From Treponemataceae bacterium (GTDB lineage: Bacteria; Spirochaetota; Spirochaetia; Treponematales; Rectinemataceae), in contig CAXXHO010000005.1 of NCBI GenBank assembly GCA_963667725.2, forward strand, positions 128,001-192,000: DNA of 64,000 bases, in the 5' to 3' direction. Of this stretch, positions 1 through 10,143 are shown one piece after another. Both the position numbers and the translations under genes were made by a program. Below the pieces are notes generated by a model. The model saw nothing but the letters and a program-made list of their open reading frames with translations. It did no database searches and had not been told where the DNA came from. Position 1 is the first letter of the stretch; each line of letters begins with the position of its first letter.

Positions 1-1254
1 AAGGAGAACCTCCCTGGCGTGTGCCTGCAGGCCCACGTGGACATGGTGTGTGAGAAGAACGAGGGCACCCAGCACGATTTCCTCAAGGATCCCATCAAGC
101 TGCGCCGGGACGGCAACAACCTGTACGCCACGGGCACAACCCTGGGTGCGGATAACGGCATCGGCGTGGCGGCTGGGCTGGCGGTGATGGCCAGCAAGGA
201 CATCGCCCATGGGCCCGTGGAGCTGCTGGTCACCATCGACGAAGAGACGGGCCTGACGGGCGCCAACAACATTCAGCCAAACTGGCTGAAGGCCAAGTAC
301 CTGCTCAACCTCGATAGCGAGGAGGAGGGCTACCTCACCATCGGCTGCGCCGGTGGCGTGGACACCATCACCACCCGCAAGCTCACCCTGGCTGCCCCCA
401 GTGCGGGCAAGAAGGCCTATCGTCTGAAGGTCTTTGGCCTCAGGGGCGGCCATTCCGGCATCGACATCAACTCGGGCCGGGGCAATGCCATTCGTCTCCT
501 GGCCCAGGTGCTCAATGCCACGCTGCCGGAGTTCGCCTTCGAGCTGTCTGCGGTCAAAGGCGGCAACAAGCGCAACGCCATACCTCGCGAGGCTTCGGCT
601 TATCTCTACATGGATTCGGCCAAGGAAGGTGCCTTCAAGGCCGAGCTGGCCAAGCACGAGGCCCACTGGAAGGCGGCTCTCGGCGCCTTCGACCCTGGAT
701 TCTCACTGAGCCTGGAAGCGGGGACGGAAGACAAGGTCATGTCCAAGGAGGATGCCCTCTGCCTCATCGGCCTGCTGCTGGCCCTGCCTCATGGCGTCGA
801 GGCCATGAGCCCCGACATCCCTGGACTGGTGCAGACTTCCACCAACATCGGTGTCATTGATACCAAGGATGGTCTGGTGGAAGTGAACCTGCTCACCCGC
901 AGCTCCATCGACCCTTCCAAGAACGCATTGGCTGAGCGCATTGCCGCCATCTGCGCCCTGGCGAAGTTCGAATCCCACCTGGTGGGCGGCTATCCCGGCT
1001 GGAAGCCCGAGCCCAAGGCCTCCATCGTGAAGCTTGTGGATGGCGTGCAGGAACAGCTCTTCGGCCAGCCCATGAAGATCATGGCGATCCACGCAGGCCT
1101 GGAATGCGGCCTCATCGGCGAGAAATATCCCGGCATGGAGATGGCCTCCATCGGCCCCGATATGTGGGATGTGCACACACCCGATGAGCACGTGAGCATT
1201 CCCTCTGTGGGCAATTTCTGGAAGCTCCTGACAGCCGTGCTCGAGAAGATCTGA
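1..1254 (+). CDS. pepD: Aminoacyl-histidine dipeptidase (M20 family), 5'-truncated by the window edge
   Basis: Motifs QAHVDMV, GTTLGADNGIG, DEETGLTGA, NLDSEE, GGHSG, HAGLECG, VHTPDE; frame is open from base 1. Confidence 0.93.
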   Translation, partial: KENLPGVCLQAHVDMVCEKNEGTQHDFLKDPIKLRRDGNNLYATGTTLGADNGIGVAAGLAVMASKDIAHGPVELLVTIDEETGLTGANNIQPNWLKAKYLLNLDSEEEGYLTIGCAGGVDTITTRKLTLAAPSAGKKAYRLKVFGLRGGHSGIDINSGRGNAIRLLAQVLNATLPEFAFELSAVKGGNKRNAIPREASAYLYMDSAKEGAFKAELAKHEAHWKAALGAFDPGFSLSLEAGTEDKVMSKEDALCLIGLLLALPHGVEAMSPDIPGLVQTSTNIGVIDTKDGLVEVNLLTRSSIDPSKNALAERIAAICALAKFESHLVGGYPGWKPEPKASIVKLVDGVQEQLFGQPMKIMAIHAGLECGLIGEKYPGMEMASIGPDMWDVHTPDEHVSIPSVGNFWKLLTAVLEKI

Positions 1255-1266
1255 TCTTCAACTTGT

Positions 1267-1365
1267 AAAGATCCACCACCAAGACGCCAAGAACACCGAG
1301 ACGCACCAAGAGAATGATCCAGCTTGGTGACGTTCGAGTTCTTCGTGCCTTGGTGGTGGATCTTT
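1267..1365. repeat. REP-like long palindrome; probably also terminates pepD
   Basis: Perfect 17-bp inverted repeat AAAGATCCACCACCAAG (1267-1283) / CTTGGTGGTGGATCTTT (1349-1365), inner CACCAAG/CTTGGTG stem, ends in a T tract. Confidence 0.75.
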
Positions 1366-1492
1366 TTTGTTCGGTTTTCGTGATCGCTGTGATGCCCATC
1401 ATCCCTTGATTTTTAGCCGTTCTTGCGGCTTGACGGGCAGGGCCTCGAGGCGGGATCCTGCGGCGGATGTTCCTCTGCACAGAAGGGTCCCG

Positions 1493-3409
1493 ATGCTTGA
1501 GCGCCTGGATTACGAAGCCGTAGGTCTCATCTCCGGTCTGGAGGTGCATCAGCAGCTGCTCACCAAACACAAGCTGTTCTGCCGCTGCCCTGCGGGCCTC
1601 TACACCGAGACGCACGATGGCGAGGTACTGCGGCACATGCGGCCCACGCTCTCGGAACTGGGCGAGTACGACGGCACGGCCCTCATGGAGTTCAAGACGA
1701 AGAAGGAGATCATCTACCTCCTGAACCACCTGAACGTCTGTACTTACGAGATGGACGACACGCCGCCCTTTCTCGTGAATCAGGAGGCCATCGACGCCTC
1801 CATCGAGCTCTGCCTGATGATGGGCATGGACATCATCGACGAGATCCACATCGCCCGAAAACAGTACTTGGACGGCTCCATTCCTACGGGCTTCCAGCGC
1901 ACGGCCATCATCGGCGTGAATGGCACCATCCCCTTTCATGGTCGTCCCCTCACCATCACCCATGTGAGCGTGGAGGAGGACTCCTGCCGCGAGGTGCGGG
2001 ACAAAGGCCACCAGATCGTGTGGCGCACGGATCGGCTGGGCATGCCGCTCACGGAGACCGTGACCGGACCCGAGCTGCGCACGCCCCAGGAGGTGCGCGA
2101 TGCGATTCTGCTTTGCGGCATGACCGCCCGCTCCACCGGGCGCGTGCGCACGGGCATCGGCGCCAGTCGTCAGGACGTGAACGTCAGTGTGCGCGGCGGG
2201 GATCGCGTGGAGATCAAGGGCGTGCCTCGCGCAGGCTACGCCGTGAAGCTGGTACACAACGAGGGCGTGCGGCAACACAACCTGCTCAAGCTGCGTGATG
2301 AACTGCATCGCCGCGGGCTCTCGACACGTGAATCCATCCGGGTGCAAGCCTTCGATGTCTCCGATATCTGCGCGGACGTGGATCTAGGCTTTCTGCGGCG
2401 CTCCATGGGGGCGGGCGGCAAGGTCTTCGCGGTGAAGGTGGAAGGCGTGGCGGGGCTCGCCCAGCATCCCACTCAGCCCGATACGACTTTCCTGGATGAA
2501 CTGAGCGGTCGCATCCGGGTCATCGCCTGCCTGGACGAGGCGCCCATCGTGCTGAGCGGGGCCATGCTGCCGGAGTTCCCCAACAAGCACCGCCTGTTGG
2601 AGCGGCTTCGCAAGCGGGTTCACCTCACCGAGAACGATGATTTCTTTTTGGTGTTTGGCCCCGAGGAGGATTGCCGTACGGCGGCCAACGAGATCCGCCT
2701 GCGCTTCGCCGATGCTACCCAGGGCGTGCCCAAGGAAACCCGCCAGGCGCTTACGGGGGGCTTCACGACCTTCGAGCGCATCCTGCCAGGGCCGGACCGC
2801 ATGTATCCGGATACGGATTCCCCGCCCACCCGCGTGACCGAAGATCGCGTGGCCTCCATCAAGGCTCGACTGCGGCCCGCGCCCTGGGAACGCATCGAAC
2901 GCTACATGTCCTGGCGGGTGCCCGAAGAGACCTGCCATTACCTCATCCGCCGAGGCGGTGCAGAGATCCTGGATGCCGTCATCGAAAAGACCGGCGTGGA
3001 TGGCCTGGTGGCGGCCATGGTGATCGGTCAGCACAGCAAGGCGCTGAAGCGCGCAGGCATTCCGGTGGAGCGCCTGGGCACTGCCGAATGGGTGCAGATC
3101 TTCGATCTCTTCACCGATGGGCGCATTCCCCGGGAAACCATCCCGTTGGTGGCGACGGGTGTGGCCCGGGATGGGCTCAGTGCCCAGGCGGCGGCAGCAG
3201 CAGCGGGTGTAGCCGTGCAGCCCCGGGAGCGGTGGCTGTCCACGGTGGATCAGTTGACCATGGAGGGCTATCAGGGCGAGAAGGTGGATACCCAAGACAA
3301 GCGTCTGCGCTTCCTGGCGGGCCGGGCCATGGAACAACTGCTGGGCAAGGCTCCCGCCAAAGAAGTTGCGGAGTACCTGCGAAGCAAGCTCGTGGAGGTG
3401 TCCCGATGA
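1493..3409 (+). CDS. gatE: Glu-tRNA(Gln) amidotransferase subunit E (archaeal type)
   Basis: GLEVHQQL..KLFCRCP, LRHMRPTLSELGEYD, DDTPP, RKQYLDGSIPTGFQRT, DRLGMPL, RQDVNVS, RVEIKGV, GVPKETR, PGPDRMYPDTD; central insertion domain typical of GatE rather than GatB; ATG at 1493. Confidence 0.93.
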   Translation: MLERLDYEAVGLISGLEVHQQLLTKHKLFCRCPAGLYTETHDGEVLRHMRPTLSELGEYDGTALMEFKTKKEIIYLLNHLNVCTYEMDDTPPFLVNQEAIDASIELCLMMGMDIIDEIHIARKQYLDGSIPTGFQRTAIIGVNGTIPFHGRPLTITHVSVEEDSCREVRDKGHQIVWRTDRLGMPLTETVTGPELRTPQEVRDAILLCGMTARSTGRVRTGIGASRQDVNVSVRGGDRVEIKGVPRAGYAVKLVHNEGVRQHNLLKLRDELHRRGLSTRESIRVQAFDVSDICADVDLGFLRRSMGAGGKVFAVKVEGVAGLAQHPTQPDTTFLDELSGRIRVIACLDEAPIVLSGAMLPEFPNKHRLLERLRKRVHLTENDDFFLVFGPEEDCRTAANEIRLRFADATQGVPKETRQALTGGFTTFERILPGPDRMYPDTDSPPTRVTEDRVASIKARLRPAPWERIERYMSWRVPEETCHYLIRRGGAEILDAVIEKTGVDGLVAAMVIGQHSKALKRAGIPVERLGTAEWVQIFDLFTDGRIPRETIPLVATGVARDGLSAQAAAAAAGVAVQPRERWLSTVDQLTMEGYQGEKVDTQDKRLRFLAGRAMEQLLGKAPAKEVAEYLRSKLVEVSR

Positions 3410-4842
3410 GCGCCCCTGTGATCCCCATCAGCGAGCGCACGGATCGCTTCCAGGGCTATCGTGGCCTGGCCAAGGCCGCGCTGGAGAAATTCGAGATCGG
3501 CGTGTGGAGCGAAGTCGAGATCGTGAATGACGAGGGCTCCGCCTTCGTGGGCGTCATCCTGCCCCGCAGCGAGACCGCCGACGATCTGCACGTGGTGATC
3601 AAGCTCTTCAACGGCTACAACGTGGGCATCCACGCCAATCGCATCGCCTCCGCCAAGGAGCACGGCTACAAGAAGGCGGTCTACAAGATTCCCGAACAGG
3701 CCTTCCCCTTCGATCCCAAGAAGAAGAACGTCACGCTGCTGGGCACGGGCGGCACTATCGCCAGCCGCCTGGACTACCGCACCGGCGCGGTGATTCCGGC
3801 CTTTACGCCCGGCGAGTTGTACGGCGCTGTGCCGGAGCTGGCCGACATCGCCAATCTCACCACCAAGAAGCTCTTCGGCGTCTTCTCCGAAAACATGGGC
3901 CCCGAGCAGTACAAGGCCCTGGCCATCGCCATTGGCGAGGAGATCGAGAAGGGCGTGGATGGCATCGTCATCGGCCACGGCACCGACACCATGAGCCACA
4001 CGGGCGCCATCCTCAGCTTCATGGTGCAGGACAGTCCCGTGCCCATCGTGATCGTGGGCAGTCAGCGCAGCTCAGACCGGCCTTCCTCTGATGCGGCTCT
4101 GAACTTGATGAATGCGGTTCGCACCGCCGCCGAATGCGACATCGCCGAGGTGATGCTCTGCATGTTTGGTCCCACCTCGGATAACTACGATCTGCTGCAC
4201 CGGGGCACCCGCTGCCGCAAGATGCACAGCAGCTATCGCAGCACCTTCCGCACCATTGGCGCCACGCCCCTTGCCACCGTGAGTCGCTACCCCAAGGAAG
4301 TAGGCGGCAGCCACTTCACCTACATCTCCGAGGACATCCGCAAGCGGGACCGGACGCGAAAGCCCATCATCAACCCCTCCTTCGAGGAGAAGGTGACGAT
4401 CCAGTACTACTATCCCAACTTCAACCCCGACATCATTGATGGTCTCTCGGCCATGGGCTATCGCGGCCTGGTGATGGCGGGCACAGGGTTGGGCCATGTG
4501 AACAAGCCGCTCTATCCGGCCATCAAACGGGCCATCCAGAAGGGCATGACCGTGGTGATGTGCGTCCAGACGCTCTGGGGCTTCGCCCAGATGTACGTCT
4601 ACGACACGGGCCGCGATCTGTTGGACCTGGGTATCATTCCCCTCGACAACATGCTGCCCGAGACCGCCTACATGAAGCTGGCCTGGGTGCTGGGACAGAC
4701 TGATGATCCCAAGAAAATTCGGGAAATGATGACCACGGCCATCAATCATGAGATCGAGCAGCGGGAGCCTCACAACGGCTATCTCATCCTTCAGGGTGGT
4801 CTGCCCGAAGTGGACGCCTTCGTGGAGAAGCACTGGAAGTAA
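3406..4842 (+). CDS. gatD: Glu-tRNA(Gln) amidotransferase subunit D (asparaginase-like glutaminase)
   Basis: GatD N-terminal domain (VIKLFNGYNVGI), GTGGTIASRLDYRTGAV, HGTDTM, GSQRSSDRPSSD, RKMHSSYRSTF, GTGLGH, MLPETAYMKL; ATGA overlap with gatE stop. Confidence 0.93.
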   Translation: MSAPVIPISERTDRFQGYRGLAKAALEKFEIGVWSEVEIVNDEGSAFVGVILPRSETADDLHVVIKLFNGYNVGIHANRIASAKEHGYKKAVYKIPEQAFPFDPKKKNVTLLGTGGTIASRLDYRTGAVIPAFTPGELYGAVPELADIANLTTKKLFGVFSENMGPEQYKALAIAIGEEIEKGVDGIVIGHGTDTMSHTGAILSFMVQDSPVPIVIVGSQRSSDRPSSDAALNLMNAVRTAAECDIAEVMLCMFGPTSDNYDLLHRGTRCRKMHSSYRSTFRTIGATPLATVSRYPKEVGGSHFTYISEDIRKRDRTRKPIINPSFEEKVTIQYYYPNFNPDIIDGLSAMGYRGLVMAGTGLGHVNKPLYPAIKRAIQKGMTVVMCVQTLWGFAQMYVYDTGRDLLDLGIIPLDNMLPETAYMKLAWVLGQTDDPKKIREMMTTAINHEIEQREPHNGYLILQGGLPEVDAFVEKHWK

Positions 4843-4861
4843 TCGTTGTGCTGCAGACTGA

Positions 4862-5233
4862 TCAGGGGCCTTCCAGCACTTCCTGAACGGCCTGCAGGAG
4901 ATCGGCCCGGGATACGGGCTTGCGCAGAACCTTGGCGGCTCCCAGGCGCTGGGCGGGCCTCAGGAGGTCCATCCCGATCCCGGGGCCGCCTCCAGAAATG
5001 GCGATCACGCGCATTTCCGGGTATTGGGTTCGCACCTCCATGATGAGCTCGATCCCATCTTTTTCAGGCATGAAGATGTCGGTGATCAGCACATCGAAGG
5101 TGCCAGCCTGCAGACATTTCATGGCGGCCAGACCGTTGGGGGCCGTCACAACCTGGTGCCCGTTGCCCTCCAGGATTTCGGTCAAAAGCGTGCGGATCGC
5201 GAGGTTGTCATCGGCGACCAGGAAGCGAGGCAT
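4862..5233 (-). CDS. Single-domain response regulator
   Basis: LVADDN, TDIFMPEKDG, AISGG, KP receiver motifs; coupled to the upstream kinase. Confidence 0.9.
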   Translation of the reverse strand: MPRFLVADDNLAIRTLLTEILEGNGHQVVTAPNGLAAMKCLQAGTFDVLITDIFMPEKDGIELIMEVRTQYPEMRVIAISGGGPGIGMDLLRPAQRLGAAKVLRKPVSRADLLQAVQEVLEGP

Positions 5234-7932
5234 CAGGTTCTCCCGGTTTGTGCTTCATCGAGGGTTTGGCGCAGGGCGTGGGCGAGGCTGGGGAGGGGCA
5301 GAGGTTTCTTCAGCAGGTTGGCGAAGCCCTGTTCTCGGGCCTTGGCTTCGTCGAGTTCTTCGCTGAAGCCTGTCATGAGCAGGACCGGGAATCCGGGGCG
5401 GAGTTTCCAGATACCAGTGCCCAGGTCTTGACCCGTGAGGCCGGGCATCGAGAAGTCGGTCATCACCAGATCGTAGCTCTCTGGGTTCGCCTGAAAGGCG
5501 CTCAGGGCCTCTTGGCTGTCCTGGAAGACCGAGACGCGGTACCCCAGCAGGCCGAGGGCCTCGCCGAGCATCTGGCCGATGGGCCTTTCGTCATCCACGA
5601 CGAGGATGCGCTCGTGGCCCCTGGCTGCTTTCTCTTGGCGAAAAGGGCTGGTGGGCTCCGGCCTCAGCGCGATGGGCAAGTACACGGTGAAGGTGCTTCC
5701 GCGTCCCACTTCGCTCTCCAGCTGGATGCCGCCGTCGCAGCCCGTGACGATTCCGTGCACGATGGAAAGGCCGAGGCCGGTGCCCTCTCCAATTCGTTTG
5801 GTCGTGAAGAAGGGTAGAAAGACTTGCTTCTGGGTCTCTGGGCTCATGCCGCAGCCCGTATCCGAGACGCTCAGACGGATGTAGTCTCCGGGAGGAAGAT
5901 CACCTCCGATGGCCTGCACAGGCACCGTAGGGCACACCCGATCAAGGCGCACACCGAGCCTTCCACCGGATTCGCGCATGGCGTGGTACCCGTTGGTGCA
6001 CAGGTTCATTACCACCTGATGGATCTGACTGGGATCCACCAGCACTGGACCACACTGCTCATCCACATGGGCCTCGATGGAGATGTTCGCAGGGATGGCG
6101 GCCCGCATGAGTTTGAGGCACTCCTTCACCAGGGGGTGCAGTTCCACGGCCTGCTTGTCCTGCTCCATCTGGCGGCCGAACAACAGGATCTGGCTCACCA
6201 GATCCGCCGCGCGACGACCGGCGCCATGAATTTCTTCCAGGTAGCTGGTGAGTTTCGGCTGATCCGTTGTGACGAGATCCTGGGCCAATTCTGCGAACCC
6301 CAGGATCGGCATGAGGAGATTGTTGAAGTCGTGGGCGATGCCGCCGGCAAGCACGCCGATGGCTTCCATCCTCTGGGAGTGACGCAGCTGGTTCTCCAGT
6401 TCCGCTTCCCGGGTCACATCCCGGGAGGTCAGCACCACGTATTGGACGGCGCCCTCATCGTCCCGCACGGGGGAGAGCGTGGTGTCGGTATGCCCCGTGG
6501 TGCCATCCCCACGACGGTGGCTCATGCGCCCAGTGGAGGATTGCCCTGCGACGACCTCTTGCCAGCGCTCACGATAGAGCTTCTCGTCGCTCTCGCCAAA
6601 ATTGAGGGTGGCGATCCTCTGGCCGTGGATCATGGGCTGGGGCAGGCCCAGTAGTTTTTCGGTGGCGGGGTTGGCGTAGAGCACCGTTCCTTCGATGTCT
6701 GTGACCAGGATGGAATCGGAGGCCTGTTCGATGGCGGTGGAGAGGCGCTTCAGCTCGGCCTCGGCCTGCTTGATGGAGGTGATATCGCGGAAGATGCCCA
6801 GGGCCCCCAGAAACTGCCCCTGATCATCCGTGTGGGGGGTCACTGTGACCAGCACCTGCCGACGCTCGCCGTTGGGCCGAATGAAGCCCATTTCGTAGGT
6901 GCTGTTGCTCCCGATTTTTCGTTTCAGGGTCTCGTCCTGGAGCTTCTGGAAGTCCCGGGCATCGGTGAATTCGGAAAGACAGCGGCCCAGGAGTTCGGCG
7001 CGGGGTCGCCCGAGAATTCCTTCTGCGGCGCGGTTCATGAAGAGAATCCGCTCATCGTCGTCCACATAACCCACGCCTTCCCCCTGGTTTTCCACCAGAA
7101 GTCGGTAGCGCTCCTCGCTGTTCTTCAGGGCGGCTTCGGATTCAAGGCGTTGAGTGATGTCCCGCAGGGTGCCGAGAACCGCCCACTGCCCGGCGAAGGG
7201 GATCTTGCTGATGCTGAGCTCCACAAAAAGCACTGCCCCGCACTTGTGGATGATGCGGGCGTTGTAGCGGGGAGGCACATCCTCGCCCCGCACCCGCCGG
7301 TAGGCGTTGTCCTTTACCTTGGCCCGCTCTTCGGGGTGGACCAGGGACCAGGGGTCCATGGCGTAGAGTTCGTCCAGGGAATAGCCCACGATGCCTGTGG
7401 CCCTGGGGTTGATGAAGTGGAACCGGTCGGTTCCGATGATGAAGATGCCGTCGTGGCTGTGGTCCACCAAGGCCCGGTACATGGCTTCCCGCTCTCGAAG
7501 CGCCTCCTCGGCGGTCTTGCGCTCCTGGATATTCCGGAGTACGCCGTTCACCTGGGCCAACGCGCCGTCGATGTGGAGGGGTTCGCTGTACTCTTCGTAC
7601 CACTCGTAGTGCCCATCCTGGTGGCGCAGGCGACACTCCACTCGGTCATGGGGAATGCCCTGGAGATTCAAGCGGAAGGCAGCCTCTACGGCATCGTGGT
7701 CCTCGGGATGAACGAATTCGAGGATATGGCGACCAACGGCGAAATCCGGTTCGTATCCCAGGCTCCGCGCGCTTTCACTGACAAAGAGCAGGATGCCATC
7801 GGGCCCATAGGAAACGATGATGTCCCGAATATGTTCGACGAGGGTTTGGAACCTGGCCTCGTCTCCGGGCGAGCCTTGCGTTGACCGCTTCCGAGCGGGG
7901 CCTGCGGGCGGAGTCGGGTGGTCCGTGGTCAT
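5233..7932 (-). CDS. Hybrid sensor histidine kinase with four PAS domains and a receiver
   Basis: Repeated PAS/PAC segments, GIAHDFNN H-box, NLCTNG, DTGCG, PFFTTK..GTGLGL, C-terminal receiver; start uncertain (7932 or 7980). Confidence 0.9.
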   Translation of the reverse strand: MTTDHPTPPAGPARKRSTQGSPGDEARFQTLVEHIRDIIVSYGPDGILLFVSESARSLGYEPDFAVGRHILEFVHPEDHDAVEAAFRLNLQGIPHDRVECRLRHQDGHYEWYEEYSEPLHIDGALAQVNGVLRNIQERKTAEEALREREAMYRALVDHSHDGIFIIGTDRFHFINPRATGIVGYSLDELYAMDPWSLVHPEERAKVKDNAYRRVRGEDVPPRYNARIIHKCGAVLFVELSISKIPFAGQWAVLGTLRDITQRLESEAALKNSEERYRLLVENQGEGVGYVDDDERILFMNRAAEGILGRPRAELLGRCLSEFTDARDFQKLQDETLKRKIGSNSTYEMGFIRPNGERRQVLVTVTPHTDDQGQFLGALGIFRDITSIKQAEAELKRLSTAIEQASDSILVTDIEGTVLYANPATEKLLGLPQPMIHGQRIATLNFGESDEKLYRERWQEVVAGQSSTGRMSHRRGDGTTGHTDTTLSPVRDDEGAVQYVVLTSRDVTREAELENQLRHSQRMEAIGVLAGGIAHDFNNLLMPILGFAELAQDLVTTDQPKLTSYLEEIHGAGRRAADLVSQILLFGRQMEQDKQAVELHPLVKECLKLMRAAIPANISIEAHVDEQCGPVLVDPSQIHQVVMNLCTNGYHAMRESGGRLGVRLDRVCPTVPVQAIGGDLPPGDYIRLSVSDTGCGMSPETQKQVFLPFFTTKRIGEGTGLGLSIVHGIVTGCDGGIQLESEVGRGSTFTVYLPIALRPEPTSPFRQEKAARGHERILVVDDERPIGQMLGEALGLLGYRVSVFQDSQEALSAFQANPESYDLVMTDFSMPGLTGQDLGTGIWKLRPGFPVLLMTGFSEELDEAKAREQGFANLLKKPLPLPSLAHALRQTLDEAQTGRT

Positions 7933-7982
7933 GGTTTCGAGTGTAAGCCTTTGCTTGGTTCCGGTCGCAGGGGGCTTCAAAG

Positions 7983-8009
7983 CGATCGGCCCCGTGAAGG
8001 GGCCGATCG
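7983..8009 (-). terminator. Probable intrinsic terminator hairpin
   Basis: CGATCGGCCCC-gtgaa-GGGGCCGATCG just downstream of the 8031 stop; short T run on the minus strand. Confidence 0.6.
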
Positions 8010-8030
8010 GAGGGCTGGAACCTATTGATG

Positions 8031-8627
8031 CTAGGGCTGCGCGGGCTTGTAGTCGTCGGCGTAGGTGATGGGGGACTTCTGGGTGGCTTCCTTCATCAGC
8101 TGCTCGAAGATCTTGGCCTCCTGGCGCTGCTTCCAGAGCATGGGCATCTGGGCCTTGACCTGCTCGAAGGGGGGCACTCCCTTGTCCTGGCCCTGGGCCT
8201 TGCGCTCCGCCAGGAGTTCATCGTAGGTGGCCTTGAGGTCGGCCTCGGTGGGCTGGGCCTTGAGGCGGCGCTCCATCAGCGTCTGGACGTAGGCCTGTGC
8301 CGTTGCCTGCTCAAGGCGCAGGAGTACGCCGGGGTCCTTGTCCAGACCCTGGGCTTTACCCAGGATGACGATGGCCTTGGCCTTGGCCAATTGGCCCAGG
8401 AACTCGTTACGCTTGTCCCGGAGCGCTTCGCTGGTGAGGACTTCCTTGGCCTTGGCTTCATCGGGAACCATGGCTTTGATCGTTTCGCCAAAGGCCTTCT
8501 CCGTGATCTTTTCACCGGCAACGCTGGCGATGACTTTGCTGGTGTCCTTGGAGCCTTTATTGCAGCCCAGGGCGACCACCAGGGCCAGACCCGCCATTCC
8601 CAGCCAATGTGCACGACGAAGCTTCAT
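8031..8627 (-). CDS. Lipoprotein, SurA/PrsA N-terminal chaperone-like, no clear rotamase domain
   Basis: Lipobox VALGC, VIASVAGEKIT, GLDKDP, PPFEQVK; GAGGAG RBS before ATG 8627. Confidence 0.7.
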   Translation of the reverse strand: MKLRRAHWLGMAGLALVVALGCNKGSKDTSKVIASVAGEKITEKAFGETIKAMVPDEAKAKEVLTSEALRDKRNEFLGQLAKAKAIVILGKAQGLDKDPGVLLRLEQATAQAYVQTLMERRLKAQPTEADLKATYDELLAERKAQGQDKGVPPFEQVKAQMPMLWKQRQEAKIFEQLMKEATQKSPITYADDYKPAQP

Positions 8628-8694
8628 TTCGTTCTCCTCGATTCCCATGTCCCAGACTGACTGGGCGTGACATCCAATCCTAACCGGAGGAAAC

Positions 8695-8991
8695 ATGCCC
8701 GACCTCAGCCTTCTGAATGGACTCCAGCTCCAGGTCTATTCGGCCACCTGGTGCGGCGACTGTCGCCGCCTGGAGCGATGGCTGGGGGAGAACGCCGTAC
8801 CCTTCACCAAAGTGGATATTGAACGGGTGGCGGGCGCCGCCGAGCAACTGGAGGCCGAGACGGGCAAACGGGCGATTCCGTTCATTCGGGTCAACGGGAG
8901 GCGCTGGGTGCGGGGCTACCACCGAGACCTGCCCGGCCGCTTCAACCCCGAGCTGCTGGTCCAGGAGTTGGCGGAGGCTGGGAAGGGCTAA
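8695..8991 (+). CDS. Glutaredoxin/mycoredoxin-like protein
   Basis: WCGDC active site, cis-Pro IPFI, GGAGG RBS. Confidence 0.85.
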   Translation: MPDLSLLNGLQLQVYSATWCGDCRRLERWLGENAVPFTKVDIERVAGAAEQLEAETGKRAIPFIRVNGRRWVRGYHRDLPGRFNPELLVQELAEAGKG

Positions 8992-9085
8992 GCCCCGCAG
9001 GAGATCTTTTCGCGGCACGAAGGGCCGCGAACCTGTCCAAGGAGGCGGATCCGTGGAAAACTAGGGGGTTCCCTCGGAGCCTGCC

Positions 9086-10129
9086 TTGTCCCATCCCTTT
9101 TCATCCCAATTCTGGTCTGGCCTTTTTACCAGCGATCTTGCGATCGATCTGGGCACGGCCTCTGTGCTGGTCTACACCCGCCAGGCGGGGCGTATCGTGA
9201 TCTACGAACCATCCATCGTTGCCCTGAACACCCAGACGCACGAGGTGGAGGCCGTGGGCGATGAGGCCAAGCAACTGCTGGGCCGCGCTCCCCAGGGGGT
9301 TCAGACCATCCGCCCCATGAAGGACGGCATGATCTACGAGGTGGATGCCGCCGAGAAAATGCTGGCTGCCTTCATCAAGAAGGCCCGGCCCAACCGCGGC
9401 ATCGCCCGCACCCGCATCGTGGTGTCCGTGCCTCCCCGGGCCCACCAGGTGGCGCGCCGGGCGGTGAAGCAGGTCTGCTACGACGCCAAGGCCGGCGAGG
9501 TGTTCCTGGTGGATCAGGCCATGGTGGCCGCCATCGGCGCGGGGCTCGCCATCAACGAGAAGCGCGGCTGCATGATCGTGGACGTGGGCGGCGGCACCAC
9601 GGATGTGGCGGTGATCTCGTACAACGGCAAGGTCTTCTCCGACTCCATCCTGATTGCGGGCGATGAGATGGACGAGGCGATCATCAAGTACATCCGCGAG
9701 AAGTACAACGTGCTCATCTCGGAATCCGCAGCCGAGGAAGTGAAGTGGAACCTGGGTTCGGCCTATCCCTCCGATAAGCCTCGCACCATGAACATCTCGG
9801 GCCGGGACCAGTTCGAGGGTCTGCCCAAGACGCTGGTGCTGAACGACACCGAGATCCGCGAGGCGCTCTCGGAGCCCATCAGCGCCATCATCGATCTGGT
9901 TCGCAAGGCCTTGAACGAAACCCCGCCTCAGTTGGCGGCGGATCTCATCGACCGCGGCATCTGCCTGACCGGCGGCGGCTCCAAGATCCAGGGGCTGGAT
10001 GTGCGGCTCTCCAAGGAAACGCACCTGCCCTGCTACCGGGCCGAAAACCCCGAGACGGCCGTGGTGCGCGGCACGGCCGTGCTGCTGGATGATATCCCCT
10101 TCCTGCGGCGCATTCAGATTCTCGACTAA
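9086..10129 (+). CDS. mreB: Rod shape-determining protein MreB
   Basis: IDLGT, EPSIVA, RPMKDG, VDVGGGTT, AGDEMD, LTGGG; first gene of the mre operon. Confidence 0.93.
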   Translation: MSHPFSSQFWSGLFTSDLAIDLGTASVLVYTRQAGRIVIYEPSIVALNTQTHEVEAVGDEAKQLLGRAPQGVQTIRPMKDGMIYEVDAAEKMLAAFIKKARPNRGIARTRIVVSVPPRAHQVARRAVKQVCYDAKAGEVFLVDQAMVAAIGAGLAINEKRGCMIVDVGGGTTDVAVISYNGKVFSDSILIAGDEMDEAIIKYIREKYNVLISESAAEEVKWNLGSAYPSDKPRTMNISGRDQFEGLPKTLVLNDTEIREALSEPISAIIDLVRKALNETPPQLAADLIDRGICLTGGGSKIQGLDVRLSKETHLPCYRAENPETAVVRGTAVLLDDIPFLRRIQILD

Positions 10130-10143
10130 GAAGAGGAGCACCG

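Noticed and set aside
2671..3405. 245-aa N-terminal extension of GatD
   Set aside because: Overlaps gatE in another frame; the ATG at 3406 has a GGAGG RBS and an ATGA overlap
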